Both the position numbers and the translations under genes were made by a program. A stretch of 64,000 bases of DNA, taken from Albugo candida. Taxonomy: Eukaryota. The notes beneath the pieces are model-generated. The model was given only the letters and a program-made list of their open reading frames with translations, ran no database searches and had not been told where the DNA came from. Below are positions 49,493-64,000 of this stretch, in pieces. Position 1 is the first letter of the stretch. Each line of letters opens with the position of its first letter. Location: contig JBDOQK010000033.1 in assembly GCA_040437565.1 (NCBI GenBank), positions 310,001 to 374,000 of the forward strand, in the 5' to 3' direction.

Positions 49493-52382
49493 CAAAATAT
49501 GATGTAAATGGGCCTACTTTTTGCGACAGAATGATCGTTAGGCCGCTATTGGGTGTTGTGGGCTTAGGGCGATGCTGTATCAAAACGTAGCGGACACGTA
49601 AGACCTTTTTCGTACCTGTTTGCTGTGAAGTAGCGAGGTGGCAGGAGGATGCAGCAAAAATTACGCACAATAAGTTCTGAATATACAAAATCTAAGTAAG
49701 GATTTCATGACCGACGAGCAAGATTCAGACAGCAGACAGAGCCTGTTGCTAAAGAAAGCCATCCGATTTCGAGTGGAGAAAGAGCTGATTCTCGAGTACC
49801 AGATGCGACATCTTGCATATTCTCACGGCCTCAAACCCGGTTAACGTGCACGTACATTGATTTCAACTTCGTGTAGACCAGACATGTTGAGATGGAATTG
49901 GTGTGTCCAGTGACTCCATCGACACACATACCCTCCGAACATTTATCGAGTACGTCCGGTCCAATAGGTCGTGATCAATTAACTATTGGACTACGCGTGG
50001 GAAAGATTGTTCTCCGAAAGTCTTACATCTCAGTGTGATAATACTCATATAGAATAGCTGGGACGGATTTTGGTTTTGTTTTGTGATAGCAGAGATAGTT
50101 AATGCAAACAGTCACATTTTACCATATTGCTATTACTCCAAATGTTTTGATACTAAACACAAGCATGGAAAGCAAGACCATTTCCAATCATCCGACGTAC
50201 GATGTAGCTCATTAAAACATCAAATACATAGGTTGTATTCTTTATCAATCTTGCTCGAGTAATCGATTGCTTGTGCTCCTAGTCTGGATAAAGCGACATT
50301 CCTTATTTCAGACATATACTCCAATTAATTGTAGCGCTAATATCAAATACAAGACATCAAGCAATAGAAGCATGCATGCCAGCAAACTCGATTCCTTACT
50401 TGTATTTTTTACCAAACATATCGAGGTGTACAGTCTCGTTTTGATGCGATGCTCTTAGTAGCATTGCTAATGGACATGAAATCGTCAATCACTAGGATAC
50501 ACAGATACCGAATCATCGCTCTTCTCGATTATGAGATAGGATAAACTCTCCGTAACAGCGTGACTAAGCTGGACGCGATGATTTATTCCATTGATGCTGA
50601 CAGGAATTGATATTTCAAAACTGTGCGCACTGTTTAAAACAAAGCAACTTACTTCCGGGAAACTACCGTATAGAGGTTATTGTGCGGTTAACATGGAAGC
50701 GAGAAAAAGAAGATCCCCTAGTCGCCTCGTAGAGTTGGGGTTCCAGTTTTCTATGTTCATCTTTTATAATGGTACTGGCTAACATTTTGCAAAATTGCTG
50801 CTTGGACGAACGACTTAATCAGACTGTTCATGCATACATGATAAGGACACGCTTCATTTGGTAGGAATAGAAAGAATTGATTCATGTTTAGACTGAACAG
50901 AGTTGACTTAAGCATGTTAAACATTATCACGCAATTTGTCTCTAAAAACGTAGAATTGACTACAACTCTATCATAGGGGAAAAGCCATCACGTATCTCCT
51001 CTCCAATCATGTGCTCCTCAACGTGATAATAGAGCATCTGTCTTTTTTCACTTCCAAATTTGCCACAAAATAAGCAAGTGTCTTTGAAGCCACCTCTTTG
51101 ACGGAAGCAAACGAGCATGAAATCAATTTTTGCGATCTGCATTGGAATTCACGCATGCTTATGGTGCGGTTATCGTAACATATAAGTACATGTTCCGAAA
51201 CCCAATCAAGTCGAAAATTCAAAGGCCATATATGGGCTCCCTGGTTACGGAGATTATGTTCCATAAACAAAATATTTTATTGTCCGTTCGTGTGGCATCC
51301 ATCGTACTTGGAGATGATTTGGCAGGATTGAATCGCAAAATAGAAGCCCAGCTGATTTTGTTCAAGGCCGATCTCACGCGCCCGGATCTAGTGTAGCTCT
51401 TATTCCTATGCAAGATAACCATCCGTGTCTACATGACGGCCGGAGGTATATTTTTGAGTCACCGAAGCACAGCGCCCGCACTCGGCAGCATCTCTTCATC
51501 ACTTCTTTTTTTACTGAAACGCTGCGAGTGATACATCAATTAGTGTGCTATACGCGATGGCATACTGTTGTTCACCAAAACAATCTAGCGCATTCCATTT
51601 TGCTCGACAGCAATGCTTTCTACTCTTACCTATGGAATAAATCCATCACAGGCAGTCATGAAAAATCCAAAACTAAATTATAATCTCATTTCTTGCTGGT
51701 TTGGTGGGTGATCTAAGACCGAATGCACTCCTTAGAGTTACGAGTACTCGACGAGCTGTTTTTCGACCCGTTAATCTTTCCCATTAACGATACAGATGAG
51801 GTTGAAAAATCTGACGGAGCATAGTTTGATATTTTCTTCCTGCGAACGTGCTGGGCTATCTCCAGGAATGAGGACGGCCCTTTAGTATCTATTTTATTCG
51901 ACACTTTTCGAGGTAATTTTTACAGAACGCTTGTGGCCTGACACTGATAATGGTGCATCTGCAAATTATCAGCTGTGACTTGTGTCGCTAACAACGATGG
52001 AATTTGAATATGTCATGGCGTGGACGGGAATGATTATACGATTCTTTGATATCCCACTACAAAATTGCTACCTCTACGGCCCCGTGCAAGCTCATGTCCT
52101 AGCATGACAGGTACGCACAAATACATTTGCAACAACGTGAAAGAATCTCTCAATCGCACCCTTTCATGACACTTCGTATACGGCAAGTGGACTCGTTTAC
52201 TATAGTAATCGTAAATCCTATTGATTGTCAGTTATAGTAAAGGATTGATAGCAGGTGACCATTTGACTACTGGTTTTGGTTCCTTTACGAAAACGTCCGA
52301 CCTCTTCCAATGCACCGCTCTCATATTATAATTTTCCGATTTCTTAGGTCTTTATACTTCTCATGGAGTGTTGAGACGGATT

Positions 52383-54191
52383 GTCTGCCTTGGGTGATAA
52401 ATGTTTCATCGATGGCCGAAGCCCAAAGTGACCATAACGACATTAGGCGCCTAGTTTCTGAAGTGTTATCGTCCTTTCCAATGGTCCATCTGCTCGTCAA
52501 GTCCAAAAATAAGGTATTATAGAGCGCATTCTTGTAGCCTAAGACTTATTTTGCAGATGATTATCAATGCGATTACGATATATGTTGCTAAAAGAAAAAG
52601 GTATATATTTTCAAATGATTCTTGGGCTGTGACTCAAACGAAGCAAAACTCGTTTTCATGGCGTGGAAATAATGCTAGAGATTGTAGTGCGACTTATATA
52701 TTCGGAAGATAGAAATGTATAAATGATGAGGAAGATGCATGCACCATTTTCGTTAATGAGGTACAAGCAACCATAAATGATCTCCCCGTGTTCAAATCCA
52801 ACTCAACCTCCGTGTCGAGGATATTGGAAATGTTCATTACGACTGTTTGAATATCCTCAAGTTGTCGAAGCAATCCAATTAGAAGCGACTTTGGTGCTCG
52901 AACAGTTGCGGATAACTTCGAATCTCGGACAATGTGGGAAAGTTGAACGACGAAAATCAAGACACAGCTTCAACGCATCGAAAAAAAGTAAGCACAAAAA
53001 AGTCCTCCTGATGTTAAGTCTATCCAGCGTATTTCAAAAGTCGCAGCAGCTCGATGTCGCAGTCAAGACACCAATGAGTCCCGATATTTTTACGAATCGA
53101 ATTTTGAAGGAGTCCGAATTTCGTTCGAAAACCATGGCAAATACAACGAAGATGATGAAAGATTCGCCCGTTACGTGAAGCATATGGAGAACTCTTTCAA
53201 GCATTTTTTTCGTCATCCGGGTTAGTTCTTGTCGTCGCNNNNNNNNNNNNNNNNNNNNNNNNNNNNNNNNNNNNNNNNNNNNNNNNNNNNNNNNNNNNNN
53301 NNNNNNNNNNNNNNNNNNNNNNNNNNNNNNNNNNNNNNTGCCTTGGGTGATAAATGTTTCATCGATGGCCGAAGCCCAAAGTGACCATAACGACATTAGG
53401 CGCCTAGTTTCTGAAGTGTTATCGTCCTTTCCAATGGTCCATCTGCTCGTCAAGTCCAAAAATAAGGTATTATAGAGCGCATTCTTGTAGCCTAAGACTT
53501 ATTTTGCAGATGATTATCAATGCGATTACGATATATGTTGCTAAAAGAAAAAGGTATATATTTTCAAATGATTCTTGGGCTGTGACTCAAACGAAGCAAA
53601 ACTCGTTTTCATGGCGTGGAAATAATGCTAGAGATTGTAGTGCGACTTATATATTCGGAAGATAGAAATGTATAAATGATGAGGAAGATGCATGCACCAT
53701 TTTCGTTAATGAGGTACAAGCAACCATAAATGATCTCCCCGTGTTCAAATCCAACTCAACCTCCGTGTCGAGGATATTGGAAATGTTCATTACGACTGTT
53801 TGAATATCCTCAAGTTGTCGAAGCAATCCAATTAGAAGCGACTTTGGTGCTCGAACAGTTGCGGATAACTTCGAATCTCGGACAATGTGGGAAAGTTGAA
53901 CGACGAAAATCAAGACACAGCTTCAACGCATCGAAAAAAAGTAAGCACAAAAAAGTCCTCCTGATGTTAAGTCTATCCAGCGTATTTCAAAAGTCGCAGC
54001 AGCTCGATGTCGCAGTCAAGACACCAATGAGTCCCGATATTTTTACGAATCGAATTTTGAAGGAGTCCGAATTTCGTTCGAAAACCATGGCAAATACAAC
54101 GAAGATGATGAAAGATTCGCCCGTTACGTGAAGCATATGGAGAACTCTTTCAAGCATTTTTTTCGTCATCCGGGTTAGTTCTTGTCGTCGC
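52383..54191. other. Gap-flanking exact duplication (assembly artefact); the same pattern occurs at 23233-23714, 30225-30644 and 45388-45620
   Basis: In each case apparently identical sequence ends just before, and restarts just after, a 100-N gap. Confidence 0.85.
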
Positions 54192-55013
54192 GTGCCGATC
54201 GAAAATGTCATCAAAAAATGTGGCACCGTGATATCGAACCCGAGGGAGATTATTGACGAATTCAGAGATCATTGGGGTGGTGTCATGGGCTTTCTTTATA
54301 GCTCTGAGACCGACTCAACTGATCCATATGAAAAAAAAGCAAAAAAAGTTACTCGATTCGATTCAAGTTTCCCTTGCCTCAGCAGAGCAAGACCGTCTCT
54401 CAACTCGCTTAAGTACGACCGAGATGGCGGAAGCGATCAAGCACATGTGGAGTCGTTCTTCTCCAGGTATGGATAAAGTACCAGCTGCATTCTATCAGCT
54501 TGATCCGGAAACGTTTGGTGCGTGTCTGAAGATCGTGTTCGAATATCAGCTGAAAAAAGGAATTTTACTTCGATCACAACGTCACTCAGCAATCACACTT
54601 TTATACAAAAAAGGATCACTACGTGCTCCTGGCAACTATAGACCGATCGCACTGCTTTGCNNNNNNNNNNNNNNNNNNNNNNNNNNNNNNNNNNNNNNNN
54701 NNNNNNNNNNNNNNNNNNNNNNNNNNNNNNNNNNNNNNNNNNNNNNNNNNNNNNNNNNNNCGGTACTTTTGGACCATTTTTATAATTTTACAACTTTACA
54801 ACTTTACAGCATTTCACAAGCTGGACACAGTCTCGTATTACGGTGGCTGTGGCTACTGCGATACGGGATTATCAACGAGAAGACATATAATCATCTCTCA
54901 CAAGGTATTTCACGAAACGTTTTTTATATGTATATATGTTATTTGAGATAGCCTAGGCAACTAGAGAAGTCAGTTAGTCTAATTCTAGTAGTAATATTGA
55001 CACCTTCAATTGA
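52740..55013 (+). mobile_element. LINE copy (post-endonuclease linker, RT start, 3' UTR); part duplicated across an N gap
   Basis: RGYWKCS...; SSPGMDKVPAAFYQ...ITLLYKKGSLRAPGNYRPIALLC (non-LTR RT N-terminus). 54761-55013 matches the reverse complement of 13466-13691. Confidence 0.9.
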
Positions 55014-55045
55014 ACAGAAAAGAAACAACTCGCTCTTAATCAGAT

Positions 55046-55565
55046 TCAGACATTCACAAAATAGTAAGTTTTCACAACTCGCATCAAAAATCTAATTAAG
55101 CAATCGAAACATGATAGAAAAATGCGAAGGTGTTCACGAACCTTTTCGGGATTGAGCGCGAGGACAATGTGCGTATTCGATCGGGAGCGTGAGAAGAAGA
55201 GCGAATACTCGTAAAAAGCTCTTTGAGAAAAGGCGACAGAATCCAATGCGTCCTGAATTTGACCGAGCTCTTCCCCGCTCCACAGACTCGATGCATCGCC
55301 AGTGTTTAGGACAGCGTTCAGATCATCTAAGAAATATTCTCGCACGACTGACAATCGAATAAGAGGGAGACGGTCGGAATATTCTCTGCGCCGGATTGTC
55401 GTAACACACGCGTAACATCTATTTCCACCTGGTTAGCCATGCGATCGATCTATTTGCAGCTGGACGAGAAGATACTTTGACATAAACGCGACCAAAATCT
55501 TAAAGGATCGATGACCACTGCCTCTCATTCCGACCACAATCGTGTGGCTGTACGGCTGGTGGGAT
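55046..55565 (-). pseudogene. Dynein heavy chain AAA4 fragment
   Basis: QPYSHTIVVGMRGSGHRSF (cf. QP.GHALLVGVGGSGRQSL), EYFLDDLNAVLNTGD, RSRSNTHIVLALNP. Confidence 0.85.
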
Positions 55566-55799
55566 ACTTGTGAGTTTAGTATATTTATTATTATTATGAG
55601 CTGTTTCGCGGCGGTATTGAGTCCGTATTAGCGAACTCTAACTTTCGCTTACGCCTGACTTTTTCTTTATTCCGGTAAGTTTGAGATTCGTAAAGTCTGT
55701 TCATTAGGATTTGAAATTAAACCAAGTCCATCGGTCGCTCTCGGCTAAATATACGCTTCCAAAGAAGTCTCGTTAACCCTCTAGAGCATTTGAGGATTG

Positions 55800-57412
55800 T
55801 TCAAGTTCACGTACGGCTTCCTTCCGTCAAAATGAAGTTGAAATTCCCGTGCAAAATTGTGGGAGTCGGACCGAAGAGTATCCTATACTCGAGGTTGAGT
55901 TCTTGGTTACGGCCGCCGCTAAGGTCGTGCAGAACGGTGTCGATCGTCACCGTTGGTAACCGACTTCAGAAGAAACGCAGGAATACATGACCTCATAAAG
56001 GTACGAGATCATCAGCTTCATTAACTGTCTGGGGTATACCTTGCGTGACCCCTTGAAACACCTTGGACATGTAGCGAAGATAAATGTGTAATGTGATCGC
56101 GCTGATGTTGGTAAAAGAAAGCAGGGTTCTGATGCTAGATATCAGAAGTCTCCTGAACGATTCCTTTTGCGGCTTGGGAAGCGGTAGCGTTGTTGAAAGA
56201 AGGGAGACACCGCGCCGTAATGTGGGAAAACATCACACTCAACCAACTTCGGTCAAACGGAAGAGAATGAAGAAAACGCCGAGTCGAGCTGCGCTAAGTG
56301 GTTCGAGATAGGAAGCCCCCTGGAGGCTCATATCTTCAATGAAGTGGACGTCCACAAGTTTGGTGATCAGTGTCTTTGAGGCTTTACCATCTTCTGTGAT
56401 GTATCACACGATTATGACTGTGCGAGGTCAAGTTAGTGATGAAGAAACGGATGGTGATAAGAGTTTGGTATTAGCGTCGGCTATTACTGACTTTGAAGCA
56501 TGTTGCGCGGAATTTTTCTCTCTTGTCTGACGTGACGTGGTGGAAGTCACGGCCCCGCTGCTGATGTAGGAACACGATCTTTTTGTGGTTATTTTGCTGC
56601 AAGAATGCAGTAAAATGATTGTGTTGTTGGAGGAGATTAAGACTTTATTGAGTGATTTGAAAAGAAATTGGATGGACAATTATATATGTCACCTGCTATG
56701 GAAGACCTCGCGACCGCAATCGGACTCAATGAAGTACCGGGGCGACATTCATTCTCGCTTTGTAAATGAGTGAAGAGAGCCTGGCCATCCAAGAAACTGA
56801 TTTCAAGCAGGTTCCAAGATATGATATTGCATTCCCCACTGCTGGAAGGGTGGAAATCCGACTTAAACACGCCATATTCTATGTAGCTTCCGGGTCTGTT
56901 CAATCCAACAGCGTTCACAATTGCGTGCTTACAAGAAACTAGCCGTCACCGATTGCTCCGTTGAACCAAATGACAGTGGAAACTCACGTGGTAGTGTTCG
57001 ATGATGTTTCGCAAATCAATTATTATCCCGATCACGGCGTGTTTGTCCACGGACTCATTCTCGAAGGATCGTGATGGAGCACATCCGATGAGATTGTCGA
57101 TCGGATATATGTGGGCGAACAACCCGCCCAGAATGCGGGTGAATGTTTCTCGACAGCTTTCCAAATCAATTGCTTCGACCCCTGCCGATGACATACGTCA
57201 AAGCTGTTCATGCAAAGCCACAATGGAAGCCGACTTCTATCGGGTATTTGCGTCATGATCCGAGTCTGTATGAATGCCCAGTGGATCTGACGCGATTTCG
57301 TGGAACCACATATATATTCCTGGCCACTTTACCCACAGAACAGGGTCGAGAGAAATGGATTTTTTGTGGTGTCGCGATCATTTTCAAATGTGAAAATAAG
57401 CCGCTCATCTAA
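55800..57412 (+). pseudogene. Dynein heavy chain C-terminal fragment
   Basis: PGLFNPTAFTIACLQ, GVFVHGLILEG, YECPVDLTRFRGTTYIFLATLPT...KWIFCGVAII; frameshifted. The 5' boundary is approximate. Confidence 0.88.
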
Positions 57413-58499
57413 CTCTGGAAGTATTCAATAATGTGATTTAGAGTGGTGTCATTTATAGCTTCAAGATAGCTTTTGGCCGACTTATGTTTACAAAGACAAA
57501 CATCGTAGAGTAATGCTAGGCGGAGGTTGCACGTAGAGCACAGGTTTTCAGATTGGACGATATGCAGTGAAGAAATACTTTGTAAAAGCCATTCCCATAT
57601 AAAATCGCGGCGTCAATACGACCAGCCGATTCGTACCCGCTGAAAATTAGATCAGCAATGTGGCCAGCTGACGGGATTCCAACGGCGTGCAATCACAATG
57701 GTTGTGATACATTTCGATGGCTCCTTTGGGCTCATACATGGACACGAGTCGTATATGTTGCGGTACAAATGAAAGGCTTTGGTCGCTGGTATCATACTTT
57801 CCATTCACATCAATCTCAGATTCTTTACGTTTGCTGGTTCTACAACCTGTCCCAAAGTATCAAATTCCAAAACTATTTCAGCAGTCTTTGCATAGTTTTG
57901 CCTCCACTCAATAGCCTTTCCAGGGTCAAATATGTAGCATACTAATTAACAAGCGCAAAAGCTGTGAACTAGTACGCCGTCGTGTTCGTGGGAGTTTCAT
58001 GTGAAAGCTTGAATGAATAGCTTAGAGATCCATTGAAACGGCTGCTAAAAAGCGCGATGATAGCGGACACATATCGTCCAGGCAGTATGTTGTCGACTCG
58101 GATCTGTTTTGTAACGTCAAAGGCATCGGCATGCTTTTTGATGAAAGGCTGTAACCGCAATGAGAGCGCTAACTCGCGAGTTTGTTGAGAGATCCGCCCA
58201 CGTCCATGTTCCTCGATCAAAGACATATGCGACAGCCTAAAAATGTTCCCAGAATGCGGTCACGCTGTTGGATCAAAATTCGATCTGTCGTTTGCTTTGT
58301 CGGACCATTTGGATAGAGCAAGCTCCGAATACTGGAATGCGATCAAGGACGAAACTGAGGCTTGTGATGCCGAGAAGATAGCGACACGCTCGAGAAAAAA
58401 TTCCTCTTTTATCAGCAGTTTTCAGCAAGCCCTCGAGCCGCCGAAGAGCTTCCTCTTCATGCTGTGCTGCATCCTACACCAGCACAGTCGCCATTCCAA

Positions 58500-60250
58500 G
58501 AAAGCTCGAATTGGAAAACAGTGAACGATCTTGCCTAAGGCACTCGAGAGCCTTTTTCGGCTTCCTTTCGTTCAAATTGGCCATTTTCAATCGTTCTCTC
58601 TGTGGCATTTTCTGTAAATTATTTCCAGCGAGAATCATTGCAGACATCCGATTTCCATCAATCTGAACGATCCATACCCCGTGGGAATCACTAGAAAGTA
58701 GCTCTTTTGTCCTAGTGAATACCTGTGCACTTTGTCGATATAAGTATAATTCCGAGTAATAAAGCGCAACGCCNNNNNNNNNNNNNNNNNNNNNNNNNNN
58801 NNNNNNNNNNNNNNNNNNNNNNNNNNNNNNNNNNNNNNNNNNNNNNNNNNNNNNNNNNNNNNNNNNNNNNNNNCATCTCCAGTGCTTTTAGAAATGCCTC
58901 CTGCTTGTAGTCTTCAACTCGGTCACTTTTGATACTGTAGTATCTCTGAGGAAGGAGAATTGATCGGCTATGACCCGAAAGCCTGAATGAAGATACCCGA
59001 GCGTCAGATGGGAGCAACGGATTCGTACCAGTATCCCGTGGAAATGAGGAGATGCATATCGATCGTCAGCTGCTTACTATTACTCGTTTTCATCAGCTTT
59101 ATACCCAGATCACGTGCGTGTCGTGCATGTGAAATGAACGGTAGCCAGGAATCCGATTGACCCGTTTGTATAGGAAGTCGAGTCATATGGGTCTCTGAGA
59201 ACTTTAAAAGCTCTTCTCAAATTGGAGACAGCGCCCCCATAATGCCCTTGATCCTGGAAAGATTTGGATTTGACGTAGAGGACATCAGCGAGATGCAGTG
59301 AGACGATGCCGCATTGCTCGAGTCTTGAAGCAAGAATAGATTCTGACACGACACGAGCTAATTCACAGCGGAGCCAACAGGAATCGGCGCTCAATTCCAT
59401 CGTTCGAAGGTTTGTTGAGGAGGCATATTTTCCAAAATGCTGATACAAATGCGCCAGTGTCACGTAATGAGTTGCGGTGTTTGGATCACGTCCAAGAGCT
59501 ATAAGCATGGCATTTAGGGCTCCTTCCTCGTCTTGATTCACGTAATATTGCACTAGACAGAGAAGTTCCCATTTTGTGCCATTTCTCTCTCTTTTGTGAG
59601 AGCTTCTCTAAAGTACGTTAAGATGCTGGCGCTCTGTAGTGTTGTAAGGCGAGGAAGGAGCTACGACGAGATAGTTCCAGAGCTCGTAGAAAACACTTTT
59701 TCGCCCTCACGGAATCTTTATGTACCTCCACATACCATTTTACAATGTACGAAAAAGCCTATCGTCGGCTTTGAGCCATGCCGCTTGCAAGAAACAAGTC
59801 AGAGTACAACTTGTTCAAACGATAATCTAAACCCCGAGGTTCCAGTATACAATTCCGAGTCGTTTCAGCGCGAGACCGTGATTCTTTTTGTCTGAAGCAC
59901 CAACGTGACTCTCGAGTTCGAGTCTGGTGGCATCATTTTGATTCAAATATGTAAGACACCACACGTGTTGGCAATGGAGAAGAGTCTGAGAAGATTGTGA
60001 AGCGTTGACTGATCTAGATATCATTTGATCGATGAATGGGAGCGCTTTGGTGGAATTGTGAGCCGGTTAGATTTCCGAGACACAAATGGCCGCGGTAATA
60101 GCAATAAATTCGTTTATCGCTTCTGATACATTTTTTGTAAAGATTGAGATCCGAATCACTATTTCCAGGAATGGTATACGTTTTAGCCGTAATAAATTTA
60201 TCGATTGTACCAGAGTGCATGCATAGACAATGAATGAAATGAGCTTTACG
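58500..60250 (-). pseudogene. TPR-repeat protein pseudogene fragment
   Basis: ALNAMLIALGRDPNTATHYVTLAHLYQHFG, DQGHYGGAVSNLRRA, ALKRLGIVYWNLG; fragmented frames, extent uncertain. Confidence 0.6.
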
Positions 60251-62339
60251 AAATAGAAGCGCTTACACTGAGGGATGAGGAGTTAGCGGCACCAAATGCT
60301 GTGAGCTCTTGATCTCTCCCAAAACCGCCAGAATCTGATAAAAATTTTGCTCCTCGACATAAATCTACGCCAATAAAGTGTACATTCAGAGACATGGTCC
60401 AAGAAGGCCTGAGACACTTTGCCATAGAGCACTCATAAGCGTTTCTCGAGCCGATGACAATTTTTGCTCTTCATATTGCTGTAAAGTCTGAGCCAACAGA
60501 CTGCATCGCGACTTGGGTTCAATGACGACAAGTCGACAAGTGAGATCGCTTCTATCGTTCCACATTAAAACTACAAATCAAGCGATCAGATTGAGGCCTT
60601 TTTCATGAAATGAATAATGTACCTGCGTCTTCATCCTCTGTTCGATACAAAGCGTGCTTAAGAGCAAGGTAGCAATCGGAAAGCACTGCAAGACTCTATT
60701 TACCGAAACATTCCACTTCTGTTTTGTGAATTTCCTTCTTCAGATTTTAGACTTTTTTGAGATCGTTTATCATACGACTTGGGCAGAATGTGACACTTTT
60801 GGGAGTTTTTTTATTCATACACTTAAACGCTCTGAGTCGTATTTCCAGCTTCGATATTTCCCGAAAGCGCGAATGAATTCTCGTGTAAGTTTTGTTCGGG
60901 AAAACGAAGAATTAGCCCATTTTTCGAGATCGAAAACTGGATGCTATCACCACAAATAATTGAGTAGAGCTTCCTTGATGACAATCAATACATACTTTCA
61001 GCAAATCGACGAGCTGCAGCCATATTTTGTATGGGAGATATATTCGGAACATGAAACAGAGAAAAGATTTTGTTCTCGCGATGCACAAGCGAGTAGAATG
61101 CATCAAAGGCCTCCACATCAAAAGACATAGTAAGTCACTCATAGCGGAGTGTTTTTGAACGATACCGTTGAGAGTATGTGAGCCTTTAGAGTAGATTGTG
61201 CGAGTTTCAGTGTTGGTTTCTGAGAAGCCTTTATCATTCAGGTGCTGCATCCAATAAGTCAGAGAGATTCAGATGTTCGATAAAAGGCTCCCCTCTTCAA
61301 AATGGTGCAAAGAACTTCCACTGAGTCGACCTATTTGACCGATTATCTTGTTTGTCATACCGATCTGAAAGAGACTAAAGTGGCAATAAGATTGGTAGAA
61401 ACTGGGGGAGATGACATTCGTACTTTCCAAGCTGCGGGGAATCCGGTTCTGAGCTGTGTTACTCGGAGGAAGGCTTTTTAGCATTCTTCCCACTGAAAAG
61501 TATCAGTTTGTGGCTTCCGCAATGATTGAGGGAATGATAATATTTCTACGGAGAATTTGGATTTTTCAATAATCATAAGAGCATTCGTATTGTGCGATCC
61601 ATGCAAAGCGACTTTCTTCCTGACTGGGAATGATCGCTTCTTGACACTTTTCTTGCTTGATAGGCGCTAGAACTTCTTCCAACCAATGGACCATAGCAAT
61701 GAGAATAGCCATTGATCGCACAATTGTCGCAAATACAGCCGCTTTATTACAACCCTGCAAGTAATCAATGCGTTCAATCTTCGTCATTGACTGAAGAGAT
61801 AATGTCTAACTTCTCATTTACTATTGACTACTCGTCGTTGGAAATTCACTCGGTGGTGACATCATACCTCGCGGTGGCGGTTCGCATCCTTGGATCATTC
61901 CAGGACGGAGTGAGGTTGGTGTTTCAAGCAAAGGAACACGTAACTAAGCGCCAGCTATTGACATCACACTATTAGATGATGTAACATGCTATCTTTCTCG
62001 CCATGAGCATTGCACATTGCCACCAGTATTCAGTATCTTTTGATTCGCTAACAACGAGTATTTGTGTAGAGATATGAGAACAATTTTGAATCCAAGCACA
62101 CAAAGCACTTGTGTTTCTATCCTCGATTGCGTTGCTTCCTACCAGCTTGCTCCACATGAATCCCATCATATATTATTTATGTGCCACATGTCCTCAAATG
62201 ACTGCACCGAATCATGTGTTAGATACGTAATAATATCGCGGCATAATGCTTCACGACAGACACTACCGTAAATTTCAAATTTTCTACTCCCTATTCTGTC
62301 TTGCATCTAATCCATACACTGATAACGAATACCTTAGAC

Positions 62340-63240
<901 letters not shown>

Positions 63241-64000
63241 GAAGAACGTTTAACGTGAATATCATAGCCGCAAATGATTTGGGAGTGGAAGGAGGTGTGA
63301 CCATTGAGTGTAGCCAATCGGTTCCACTGTCCGAGGATAGCCATTGTCCAACATATTTTCTAGAAGCTATTTTAACTCCAGAAGAAGATTGGTTGTACCT
63401 GAGAAGGAGTGCGTGCACCTGGTACACCATCAAGAAGTTCTCAGTGAGAAAATGTCTGTCAACCTCGCCAAAGGTGTCGTCAAATACGGCCGACTTGCGA
63501 TACGAAAATCCAATTACAAGTCCAGGCGAATCTGATTAAGGAAAGCTCCAATCAAATATCGACTAGCGGTATCAGACATCAGAATCGCGTAACTCGCTCG
63601 TGACTTGGCGAGGGAAAAACAACTTATCGTTAAAGAAACTGATGATGTAGTCGTGGGATCAAGTGGTGAGGGATGGGGTATCGATTTGGTCACGATAATT
63701 GCTTATTTTAGCAAGATGTCATTAGCAAACGCTACGACTTGTGCGTCCACGCCAATGCTTTCAATGAGCACGGCCCTGTTAAATGTCAATAATCGATAGT
63801 AATTGGCTCACGGCAGCCATTCAGGTTGGCTAACTGAAGCATGAAATGTCTTATACGAAGTAGACGCTCGCTTGGGACCAGAAACATCCGGGGTGGGTAT
63901 GATAATGAACATGGATTCGGTCATATTCGCAAAAGAAGACGCTTGCATCAGCTAGTTCACAGTAGGACGACGTTAGATTCAAAACTACAGTCATAGAAGC

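Noticed and set aside
52383-54191. Recent ~850-bp tandem duplication (also 23233-23714, 30225-30644, 45388-45620)
   Set aside because: Apparently identical copies directly flank 100-N gaps, which is typical of unmerged contig overlaps.

Overview
Eukaryotic, gene-sparse, repeat-rich window from a draft assembly with eleven ~100-N gaps. It is most likely an oomycete white rust (Albugo or a relative); this is an inference from a CX2CX5G 'CCG' effector-like gene and oomycete-style retroelements. Only two long ORFs are clearly intact, and both encode lineage-specific proteins with predicted signal peptides (26201-27985, CCG-like; 40056-41174, unknown). A third secreted-type ORF is split by one in-frame stop (10463-11302). 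The rest is (i) decayed fragments of housekeeping genes (three myosins, dynein heavy chain, tryptophan synthase beta, inositol polyphosphate 4-phosphatase, cysteine-desulfurase-like/TtcA fusion, spermidine synthase, TPR and Sel1 proteins) and (ii) transposable elements: two Ty1/copia, two Ty3/gypsy, four copies of one LINE family, several Mutator-like elements/MITEs with GGGAA...TTCCC-type ends, and two copies of a ~240-bp tRNA-promoter SINE with target-site duplications and a three-hairpin 5' fold. One LINE is inserted into the SINE A-box and another ends ~30 bp from the other SINE copy. All calls come from manual reading and motif recall; no searches were run.
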